Source: Hydrolagus colliei
Taxonomy: Eukaryota
NCBI GenBank assembly: GCA_035084275.1
Contig: CM068749.1
Coordinates: forward strand, 12,958,001-13,022,000
DNA length: 64,000 nucleotides
Reading direction: 5' to 3'
This document shows, in pieces, positions 39,891-52,001 of the stretch (position 1 is its first letter; the number at the start of each line of letters is the position of its first letter). The notes under the pieces were generated by a model that was not told where the DNA came from, did not search any database, and saw only the letters and a program-made list of their open reading frames with translations. The position numbers and the translations under genes are program-made.

Positions 39891-42350
39891 CTGGAACCTT
39901 CAGCGAATTATCGCACACTGCCACTTTACATCTTATCATGCCATATAATTCTGCAATATTTGATGTTACTCTGTTACCCAAACCATATATGTCATTCAAA
40001 ATCAATTCACCTCACTTTAGGGATGAGATTCAGGAACACAACTCACATCAAACATATCATCTCAAAACAAAACACCAATGAGAATTCCTGATTCTTAATT
40101 CTTAAATTCTGGCTGAATTTGGAAGATTTAAAAAAATAACTGCAGAAAATCTGCAGTTTTCTTAATAATAAAACTTCTTATTATAGCCACATTAAGACTC
40201 AATTTAAGAACTTTCCACAATTCTACACAATTTGAAATTTTAATATAATATGGTTTCACAGGTTAATACTAGGTGGAATTTCCGGCCACTGGAAAATAAT
40301 TATATCATTATACTTTAGCTATATCTTTATCAGTGATCACCTCTGCTGCAACCATGTTCTGCACACTACCCTTAATGATTATTCCAGAATTCTATTTACA
40401 AAATGAGTGGTTTAAAAAGGTTGTGAAAAAATGATTGTAAAATTATATGATAGAACAAATTGACTACTTCCAAAAGGTATTTTTTGGACCTGAAATGTCA
40501 CATAGTCTTGAGTTTTATGAGGTTGATCCCTGACACTGGTATGTCTAATTTATGATTATGTGCCCTGCATAGTAAGAGAACCTCTGAGGTGAATCAGAGC
40601 TTTGAGCCAGCATTTCCATATTGCTGTCACACTGCTTCCAGCAGTGGGTGAGTCTCTTACTCTGGCTGGTTGCAGGGTTCATACTTAAATAGTGTTTCGA
40701 TGGCACTTAGCAATCTACAGATCAATCGATTCCACATTCCCTGTGGAGTGAAAAGTCATTCCCCCATTCCCCACCCCCCCACCCAACATTTGTAGTCAGT
40801 TCAACATTTGGGACCGACCTCTGTAACATTCAGAAACATTTTATGATAAATATTAATAGTCTACAGGGAAAATTAGCAAAATATATAGCCACCTAAATGC
40901 AAGCACTCGACTAGATTTCTTTAAGCTAAGAGAGTTTTCCCAATAGGACTCACAGATAATGCCCCCATTCTACCATTTTGGTTTGAACAATTGTATAATT
41001 GTCAATGTCCTTATAATGGATACACAAGCTCTGTGATAAATTTTTAATATCGCACTAATCCCTTGGATAAAAAGCTGCAAATATAACCTCAAGTGTGGTT
41101 TGTAACAATCTCAACATGTCATGGTAGCTGTCAAGAGGTTCCTGCTTTTCTTTAGTCACCAATAGATGAAACCGCTTCAGTGAGAATATCTCAGTGGCCA
41201 TTAGAACAACTCAGTGGTGTCAGACACTGCTGTGACAGAGGCCATTAAAATTATTCCCAAGGCATCTGTTGAACCGGATTTATTTTAATTATTTTTAATT
41301 CTAGAGATATTAGAAGACATAACAGTAGCAGTGGGCTCTGAATTAGCTTGTTTTTTTACCGGGGAAATATCTGAATGGTGCTTATATAATATGCGGTTGT
41401 TGTGCAATGTGGTTCAAGCAAAGGAAAAACTAGAAAAATGATGTAAAAGTTATAGGAGACAAAAATAAAGGCGGTTGTTTTTAATTCAATGGTATGAATG
41501 AGGTATATGTAGTCAAAATAATATTACATTTGATTAAGGGAATCTCAGCATCCCACTAGAGTGCAGTCTTAAAGCTAACAGTCTCTTATTTTATCCAAAG
41601 TTTCTTTGTTTATTGCCTTAACAATTTGCTTACATTTATTTTCTTTGCAAAAATAACAATGGCGATGAATGAATGGAATACAACTGTAATTTTCTTAGAT
41701 AAACAATGTTGAGGGTATAGGAAGGGATACTTTGCAAATCAACTTGCCATCCGAAGAAGACACCTTTGTTGCTCCCAGGTCTTATGGGTGCAACATCGTC
41801 AATGCACAAATCATTCACTATTTACAAGCACACAATATGTTAATGCTTGCCTTATAGCCAATATTACCACTCTTAAATTTGCCTCAGAGATGCATATTGT
41901 ACTCAGTGAACACTGAGCAAAAATATACAACGAAATCCCTAGTGCATATAAACATGCTGATACTTAAAGTAATTGCAGTTGTACAAGAATCTGCCAGCTT
42001 GCAATGGTTGCTTTTTCAGATGGCTGTACAATGACCTGAGCAGCTTTTTTTATCCTATAACACCTACTGCTATATGGTAAAGAAACATCAACTTAAAACA
42101 AAGTCAACTTAAAATGCCAATACTATATCTGTATATAGTATGTTATTGTTGTAGGATTGACTAATCTAACCAACTATATTAACTTCTTATTCTCTGTACA
42201 GTATTTCCCCCCCAAAGTTTGGAGCACTTTGGGTTTACTTCCTTCATTTTGGAGAGAATGTTAATGCTATGTGAATCTATTTACACTAAGAATTTGCAAG
42301 CTATTGAAATGTTCTTAATGGCAAGTAGTTTTGTGATTGTGCCTCACTAA

Positions 42351-43034
<684 letters not shown>

Positions 43035-43751
43035 TGATTACAATTTTGTATTGTACTTCTGTACAAGTCCGGGAGAGGGGGAGGGAATCGTTATGCATTC
43101 TCTGATTTAACAATTGACTCATTTCAGTCGGTTCAAGAAGAAGTTGAGTGAAAGTTTCCCAAAGTATAATCATCAACTCCCCATCAATTCAACATGTAGA
43201 ATAGTTGAGCTGCCAAAAAGCACATTTGACATGCCGGAGGATGATACTACATCTACAGCACGTGTGCACTCCATGTATACGCAGGTACATACAGTACCCA
43301 CTTGACACCCATCAATTATCTACATAGTTAATGTTTCTTTTCCCATTATAAGATATAGTTAAAGTGCTATCCTTAACAACACAGATATCACCATCCCTGA
43401 AATACGTTCTGAGATTTATAATGTTATTACTGCCTGTTTAAGATCCTTGAACTATTTACAGTTTATAAATTATATCCGCAACACTAGTTTCTCCCTCTGG
43501 GATCGTGTTGATAAAAGGTAAATAGTAGGGATAAAAATTCCTTGTGTAGCCACATTGACAATGTGCATAAGATCTGGAATTCTTACCTCAGTAGTGTGCA
43601 TCTATCATTTTGCTCCCATGGTAATGTGAGTTTTTCCCCCCATAAATATCTTGCATTTCATTAAGCTGCAATCAACTGTTCAATCCAGATCACATTAGGA
43701 ACTTGATCTTGGTTAAATCCTCTACTTTTATTCAATATATTAAAAATGCAT

Positions 43752-43925
43752 AATACTAATAATAATCCTTGCATTTTACATAGCAGCTTATCACATCTTT
43801 GAATGTCTCAGAAGCACTTCACAGAATATATTGTAATTAACTATATATTTTGTGGGCAAAATGTGGGAGCCAATCACGCATGGCAGTGTCCCACAAACAA
43901 TCATTGATTGAAATGACTAATTTGT
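43752..43925 (-). mobile_element. SINE 3' half
   Basis: aataataatccttgcatttt...gcagtgtcccacaaaca is the reverse complement of the SINE body and tail. Similar minus-strand fragments near 54035-54195, 57690 and 59025. Confidence 0.85.
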
Positions 43926-44231
43926 TATTATTACAAGTGAAATTAAGAGCCATTATACCTTTAATCAGTAGCAATTTATGTTTGTTTTAAAACCTAAGGT
44001 AAGAATATAAGAAACTGTTTCAAAATGGGGCGAGTTTTTTAAAAAGCCTTTCAGGATAGTTGCTGTTGTTTAATTGGTGTTTTGTGAGCATTTTTTGTAA
44101 AATTACGATTCTCTGAAATGTATACAAAATAATTATTCTGACAAGTGGCAAGCAGTTGCATTGTTATTTATTATCAATGATTCAAACCCCAAAATCTGAG
44201 GAACTATTTATCTATTTGCAGCTCAAGATTT

Positions 44232-44430
44232 AAGGGGCAAATTCCACCTGGGTCTACATTTATTATATTTACATAGCATTACTATAGCATTAATTTTGAA
44301 GCTAGTTTTCTGGGGGTTGTAAGACACCAGGCTGAATGTCACAGTTACGTTTGAATCCAATAAATTGTGGATTCTACTCTAAAATGTTACATAAATGGAG
44401 TAAATCTAGACCCAGGTGAATTTCTCACTT
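44232..44430. mobile_element. MITE / non-autonomous DNA transposon with ~30-bp TIRs
   Basis: Left aaggggcaaattccacctgggtctacattta versus reverse complement of right end aagtgagaaattcacctgggtctagattta. Confidence 0.75.
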
Positions 44431-44859
44431 GAATGTTTGTAGTTAATGTCTGCAATGAGAAGAAAGTTGTGCAGAATATGATTCTAGATCAATTTCAAAG
44501 TGCATAGTGTATGTAAAGACTCGGTATAGCAGTATATTTAAGGAGTGTATGCAATAGTGTATGAAATGTGTGCACTATAATTTATCAGAAGAGTTGATTG
44601 AGAAATGTCAAACTCGGCGTACATAAACAGCTTGTGTAGGAAAGCATACAGTAATGTATCTTAAGGAGCGTGTGTTGCAGTATCTACAAGGGAAAGTGAT
44701 ATGTTGGTTAAATTCAGTTCAGTTTTTGGTTTGCAATTCTTGGATGTTTCTCTTCTATGTTTGCTCCCTCCTCTTTTGAAACAATCTCTCTTGTTGGGGG
44801 GTGGGGGAGGGGGTGTGTAACATATTTTCTGAGTCATTGCTCCTGTTTCATGGTAGAGG

Positions 44860-45085
44860 ATCAGCAGGCAAGGTGACCACAGAGGTGGATTATTGCTAAG
44901 ACCAATTCTTATCCAACATTCATACATATATGCCTCTCACTGAGGTCACTTGATAGAGAGGCAAAGGCATCCTGTCCTGTCTGTTTTCATTGTCTCTCTC
45001 TATCCCAGGCATGATATCACCAAGACTAGTGCTATATTGCTACCCGACCAATATCAGCTAACTCAGCACAGACCAGGATTCATTT
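44860..45085 (-). mobile_element. Ancient SINE-like relic of a different family
   Basis: Minus strand starts aatcctggtctgtgctgagttagctgat..., resembling a widespread shark interspersed repeat from memory. Family not assigned. Confidence 0.45.
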
Positions 45086-45599
45086 GGGCAGTTGAACCTT
45101 ACCTATAGGTAAAGGAAAATACTTCAGAATTTGTTTCTAACATTGCCATAGAGAAAGCTCTCTGGAATGGCGATACAGTGTGAGGCAGGATCTACAAATG
45201 CAAGCTGTTGCTGTTATATCACCTATTCTTTGGCCACTTGTTAAGAGTTCTAACCTAATATTGTGCCTTGTAGTCAAACATAACTAGATTGTTCTTTGTG
45301 CCATCCTTTCCCAGAGCATGTCTAATAGAAAAAAATTATATATTATGCTCCTGCAGTCAGTGCAAGGCTGCTCTCTCGCTCATTATTATCGTATGTCCTT
45401 TCAATATATCTATGAGACAGACTACAACGTTAATGTCAATACTTCAAAGCTGAAAGAACGCTACTCATCTGAATTGGAAAAAAAATACTGGAATCTATTA
45501 TTTGTAAGAATTTTTCCCTTGTGTGCAGATTTCATTGTTCAGGGAGCCTGTGGACATTTGTTGCAGTGGAATATTCCATTTAAAATAAAAGATTAGGTT

Positions 45600-45874
45600 G
45601 TCCTGTTTAGAGCAAGCAAGAGATCTGGGTTCGATTCTTGGAAGGGCAAAACCTTGGACAAGTTTCCTTACTCCACATGCTTGATATTCCAGAAGACAAA
45701 ACAAAATAATAATTGGTCACTCAATCCATGACCTTTTGTGGGACAGTGCTGTGCGCAATTGGCTGCTGTGTTTCACCCCCCAAATATACACACAATTCCC
45801 TTGTGTGAAGCGGTTTTGAGATGTCTGGAAGACATAAAAAACGCTATAACAAGTGCAACAATTATTATTATTAT
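45600..45874 (+). mobile_element. tRNA-derived SINE (decayed head)
   Basis: B-box gggttcgattct, shared body, (ATT)n tail. Confidence 0.88.
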
Positions 45875-48215
45875 ATTAAATGTGAGTTCCCTGATTGTCC
45901 CAAGGATTGTTGGTATTGGTTAGCTAACAAAATAATCATCAAAATAGCAAGATAGCACAGATTAATGCCATAAATCAAGATATATTCAATCAAGAAACAT
46001 TTATTTTGTTGGCCAACCAAAGAGGACAATGTGTCAATACAGATAAATATGAACATCTACCTAAAGTTCACACTAGCTAATGGGTGACTGTTAATGGGAA
46101 TACGCATTTCAAGGACCTCTTACTCTGTTGGTGATTAATTCTCTATATATCATACACTGCAGAATTTGGATAATATAAATGATATATTAATGGGCACATT
46201 ATGCTCACAGTGGAGTATACTTTTCAAGAGGTTTTTAAGTAATTGATTCAGTAGAATGCTGTAACATAAGTTCAGAGATTTAAAGGAAAACCATCTGGGT
46301 GAGAAACAGTTAAGAAAAACTCGATATAGTTTTATAAACACATGCCATCATTTATGGGATAAAACTGATACTTTGCTCTTTACTTCATTCTTTTCTGCCC
46401 CTCCCCCAAACACACACACACACACACACAGGTAAGGTTTACTGAACCTTTTTTTTCTCTGAAAAGGACCTCCCTTTAAGCAAGACCTGGTTAGATTTAT
46501 ACAACTTTCATTTTCAACATGTCAGGGAAACTGTCTCAATATAAACACAGAGTGACATGAGTGGAATGACCTTTCTGAACAGAGGAACATTTGCGATGAA
46601 CCATTTTGCAGTGACCATTCTAAACTTTCTGTTTCCTGTTTTGATTCCATTGTGTGCTTAGTGCACATATAACTGACTGCTATGACACCAACACGATACA
46701 GTGTGCACATATACAAATATTTTGTGTAAATCAGGGGGCGTAAATGGGAATCAACAATGGAAATTGCCAGTTTTTATAGAATTGTGACAAAATGTCAGAA
46801 CTTTGTTTATTTATCATCAAGAATGATATGAAGTTGGAAATTTTGTTACTGGTTCTTAATTCCTGTTTCCCTGGCCCTAATTGTGCAAAATCCAATCTTT
46901 ACGCAAACATTCACCCACAAAATATACAGTCTATCCACATTGCAATATGTTCTGTGAAGCATCTTTGAGACATCTGAATGAGATGAGAAGGCATTTGCAT
47001 CAAATGCAAGGATTCTTATTATTTTTGTTAACACCAACCACAAAGGAATTCAGAGTGAGTCTTGGAGGAAGCTAAAGCATAATAGTCAAAAGATGGCAGA
47101 GAACAGTAGCAAGGACACTTTATATTTGCACAAATAGTTCATTTCTCAGGGTTTGCAGAAACACCTATTTGCTGTCTATTCGCTTTAGAGTTCAAAATAG
47201 AAATTTCTTCACTGAATTTTATAGATTAAACCAAATAGAGATTGGGAAAATGATAGAATATAGTCCTGCATTGCATTGGTTTGACCAGAACAGTTTTTCA
47301 AAACTGAAACCTTTGTTTTATTGCTGTTAGTTTTCTCATTGGTTCTTGACTTGTTCAGAAATGTTCCGCCTCATGTGGTGACACAGTGCAGTATTTTTTT
47401 TTCCTGCCAATGTTCTCACCAGTTCTGTGGACCTTGTAGACATGCTTTATGCATGAACTTGGGACAGTGAATGCTGGCAGGCTATTTGATAATGGAGGGC
47501 ATGGCAGCCAAGCTTGATCTTCTTCTCATCCCCACATGTACACCTGCCATCAGATATCACTGATGGATACTGATCAGGAATGGGTTCCTTCGCTATTTTG
47601 TTTCATCCCGGTCAAACTCTGTGAACCATACAATCTATTTTATGTCTTTGTGGTGTACTGGGTGGCATCTTTACCCACTAGGCTATTGAGATGCTATAAT
47701 TTTTTGTTGAGTATATATGAAATATACATCATCACTAACAGTCAGCAGTGGACTTTCATTTTATCTTGATTCTGAATAGAAAATAGGAAGGAAAGGACAC
47801 TGATCCAGATTACTGCAAACGGACACTGATTTACCCGCTCTGGTCAGTTGTATTGCTCTGCTGGCCTTTGGCAACTGTAGGCCCACAAAAAAGGAAGTGA
47901 AGGAGATAAATGATTATAATCATTTATTCTGGCAAGGACTAGACTGTTCCTAGCTCAAGGAATTGCGTGTGCAATCGATCCTACTCATTGAGAGCAGGCC
48001 AGCTCTTTCCAGAAGACCATAGATAGATTATATTCCCAGCACAGATGTTTCCAATAGTATTGTGCACTCTACTACTGGGGTTTGAAGGAATATTTTCTTT
48101 CCACTTGTTGCTTGATTTGTTTTAAAGCTGCTTTGGGTTTGATACTTTTCATGCAATAGTTACAGTGAAGTTTAAGCATTCCTGCACTTGACAGTTTCCA
48201 CGTCTGTTTCCACGT

Positions 48216-48518
48216 TGTGGAGTCCTGTAGCTAAGTAGTTAGAGCACTCGCCACACAAGTGAGAGACTTGGGTTTGATTCCCAGCATGGCAAAAACTTGG
48301 GCAAGTTTTGTTACTCCACATGCCTAATAATAATCCCTCAAGAAAACAAACAATAATAAATTGGTCACTTCAATCCACCGCTGTTTGTGGGACAATGCTG
48401 TGCACAATTGGCTGTCTATTTGGCCCACAGATATACAGTCAGTATATTCGGTGAAGCACTTTTGAGATGTCTAGGGGATGTGAAAAGCACTCTTATCAAA
48501 TGCAAGGATTATTAGTAT
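48216..48518 (+). mobile_element. Full-length tRNA-derived SINE
   Basis: tgtggagtcctgtagctaagtagttagagcactcg head through atcaaatgcaaggattatt tail. Confidence 0.92.
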
Positions 48519-48525
48519 ATATAAT

Positions 48526-48720
48526 GGGGATCTAAATTGCGAGAATCATAAAAGGATTTGTAAATAGCGAAAACACTAATCTCTTGCCAGGAATTGAGAC
48601 CATTACTCAGAAATTTAAATTGAGATCAGTGTCCAACCTGCATTGTAGAGAGCTGAAGCAACATATCTACATGATTTACTATTTACTAATCATTTTACAA
48701 ATTTCACAATTTAGATCTCG
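48526..48720. mobile_element. MITE with ~41-bp TIRs
   Basis: Left gggatctaaattgcgagaatcataaaaggatttgtaaatag versus reverse complement of right end gagatctaaattgtgaaatttgtaaaatgattagtaaatag. Confidence 0.8.
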
Positions 48721-49706
48721 TGCTTTTGTGCACTTTATCTTGTAATCTGATTCATCACTGGAGGTAATAGAGGAACTGGGCGGTCAATACAGAAAAAGTA
48801 ACATGTCACTAAATACCATGGAGCGTTTGGTGCCGATGTGGAGGAAAACATTTGCGCACGTATCAAAATTAGTTTCCTCCTTTAATAATGCTAATTAACA
48901 GATCCCAACAAGATTAACAAGCTTTTGTTGTGCTAAAGTGGGCAATGTATAGATGTTTCTGTGCATGTTGTGTGGGGTTTCTATGAGCATTTACATAGCA
49001 ATGATCCTTGTGAAAAGAGTGTATTGCATTTATCACACAACTGCTGAGTAACATCAGCAGTAAGAAGATTGAGGAATTGCAACTGTATCATTAAATAGTA
49101 ATATCATGCACAGGAAGGCTAAATGTACAGGAAGGCTGTTATATTAAAGTAATATCTATTTGTTGGCTACATTTTTGTGACCATATTAAGGGAGCATATG
49201 CAGAATCTTTTGCTTCAATCTTTTGAAGTACTGATTACAGAAAGTGAAAGCGATATTTGGATTATGATTAAAATGTGAGATATTAACAGTTGGTAGATTA
49301 ATACTAACTTTTTTGAGTCATCCAGTACAGTTGTTGAAGATTCCATTTCCTTCTGTATATAAGAGTAAAAAATAACTTGTAAGAAATATTAGAAAATTGT
49401 TATCTGGGAACATGGGATTGAAAGTAAAATTCGCCAAACAATATGACACAATTTATTTCGGTATCTCTCCAGGATTCTGTGAAATTGTCACTCTTACTTA
49501 GTCGCTGCTCAACCAGTTACTCTAAATGTTCTGTGTTCCCCAGAAATGTGGATATTTAGTTGCAGCACATTCATAAATGTAACCCATTAGTAATTTCTTA
49601 ATCAAACTGTTTTTAATATTTTCCCTCAATTTGAAACTGCAGAAACTGTTTTCTAGGGTCTCGCACTGTGCAAAATACTTATGAGTTTGAACCACTGGCA
49701 AACGTT

Positions 49707-49885
49707 AATATTAATAATAAGCCTTGCTTTTCACGTCTTCTAGATGTCGCAAAGCACTTCACAGAATATACTGTAAAGTGAATTGACTGTATATTTGTGG
49801 GCAGGTTTCGCCCTGCCTGGAATCGAACCCAGGTCTCTCACTTCCAGGGAGAGTGCTCTAACCATTGAGCTACACAACTCCACAA
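49707..49885 (-). mobile_element. Internally deleted tRNA-derived SINE (head fused directly to tail)
   Basis: Tail sequence ...gactgtatatttgtggg runs straight into aggtttcgccctgcctggaatcgaacccagg; the central body is missing. Confidence 0.9.
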
Positions 49886-51902
49886 ATTGATGTCATTTCT
49901 CATGCCTTCTCCTTAAATACATATGCAGGCAATGGAATATTAGAGCACAAATGAGCATTCTATCAGTTGAGCAAATGAGCATTCTATCAGATTGTTGTTT
50001 CACTTAACTTTAACTCATTATGATATGATGGTTTGACAACATTTTATCACTTCCTCTTCATTCATTTCCCTTGCTATACCATCAGTTCTTAGCAATGTGT
50101 TTTGAGCATTTACTCAGTTGGGCAGAAAATGTAATTTTCAAAGTAAAAATGTATCAGCTTTCTATTAAAACTCCTTATTTCAACTGGGTTTTTTTGTGGG
50201 GGGTGGGGGGTTGGGGGGTGGGATGTAATCCTGACATGATACATATCCACATAACGTATTTTAAGCACACCGCCATCTATCTGATCGCCAACCCTAACCC
50301 CTAATTCAAGTTAGGGTTAACTTTAAATGCTTTTAAGCAGTCTGGGACACTACCCTACATGAAGGGCACTATATAAATGCAAGTTTTTGTCGTGTTGGGT
50401 TAACGTTAGATGGATTAGTGTTTTTGAACCCTGGTACATTCCTTAGGTGGTTGTACAGATAAGGTCATTGATCATTATTTAATGATGTTAACAAGGACAC
50501 ATCTTTGTTACACTTCTGAAAGAAGCCGAATATTGCTCAGCATTCACATTCAGTGTTTTAACAGTTTCTCTCCCAAGTCACTGAAACATATATGCAACTG
50601 TCATCCCAGCAAAGCCTGTGGTACCATTAATAAAAGTACAGATAATAAGTCACATTGATTTGCTGCACTTAAAAAACATTGTTCTAACCTGAAGAGGAGA
50701 CCTCCAGAGACAGCCGTGTATGATTTGACAATGTTAATATAATCCCAAGTAGGTGTCCCCATTCCACACTCTACATATAATTTATCAATTCATCTATGTC
50801 ATCATTAGTCAGTGTTTTGTTCATAGAAATCATTGCTTGTACCCTTGGATTGATGAGTAATCAGGAGCTACCTTCTTTAGTCTTTGACAATTGATAAGAA
50901 ATAACATGTTGAAGAGGAGCTGTTATCAGATCAGGAATACCATGATACTCTAATCATGATGGTACCCAGCCCTCTGCTCAGTCCTGCTAGTTACCTATGA
51001 GAGCAGTCATTGCAATTATTCCTGCTTTACCTTCACCAGAAGGGGAGGGAGCTGAATGCTGCTGAATATTATAACCAGAATGGATAAAGACAACTAAGAT
51101 CTGCATTGAACGTTAAATCAGGTCACAAAATATCTACAAAATGCTTAAAGAATGCATGGAGTTCTGAGTTTCAGACCTGAAATGAGTTTTGGTAGCAGAA
51201 CTGATTATGCAATACTTTCACAAGTATGTTTATGGAACAGACTACCTGTTTCTATCTTTAATCTATAGCATCAATATGCTGGCATTTCCCTATAGCATTC
51301 TTCATTGATTATTTTGTAATTCTACAGAAATGCATATTTATAATTGCATATATTGCACATTTATGCCTCAAGAGGTTACAGATGATTTATTTTAGCATTT
51401 AAAACGATTTGTATGAGTTTGTTTTTAGCAAGGGAAGAGGGTCAGAGTGAATGGAAACAGTGCCTGTCTGAGTGAGGTGAACATTCTCGTTCTGTGATGC
51501 TGTAATGGTCCTTGTTTGGGGAGTATGGATCCTGTATCTGGTGGAAATAGTACTCTTCACTCAATACCTATTGGTATTGTAAGGATTGTTGTTGTAATGA
51601 ATGAAAGACTCGCACTTGGTATTTTTGCCAAGGAACCTGCAGTAAAAGTTTGAAGTCTTCTTTGTGACACTACTATAGAGCACGGAGACTAAATGCAACT
51701 TTGTGTGCTTGTGTTTTGAAATATGACATTAATGCATTGTTGTTTCAATGTTAACAGAACATTCTCTCCATTGCCATTACACAAGGATCAGACTAAGGTA
51801 GTGTCTCGGTACAACACAAAATGCAATGCTATTTACATTCACGGTGTGCCTTTCACATCGAAAGAACACTTCAAAGTGCTTCACACAGCTGGTTCGGAAC
51901 CT

Positions 51903-52001
51903 GAAACAGAAATCGCTGGAAACACTCAACAGGTCAGGCAGCATCTATGGGGAAAGGAAAAGTGAGTCAACATTTCGGGTCCACGACCCTTCGTCAGAAC
52001 T
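51903..52001 (-). mobile_element. Penelope-like element terminal repeat fragment
   Basis: gctggaaacactcaacaggtcaggcagcatctatgg...agtcaacatttcgggtccacgacccttcgtcagaact matches the chondrichthyan Penelope terminal motif as I recall it. Confidence 0.75.
51965..52001 (-). ncRNA. Minimal type I hammerhead ribozyme motif (probably decayed)
   Basis: Minus strand reads AGUU-CUGACGA-A-GGGUC-GUG-GACCC-GAAA-UGUU-GACU: both core boxes, a 5-bp stem II and a 4-bp stem I. Confidence 0.7.

Noticed and set aside
49948-49990. 19-bp direct duplication caaatgagcattctatcag (also small duplications near 780, 1197 and 4247)
   Set aside because: Ordinary slippage duplications with two copies only; not CRISPR-like or array-like.
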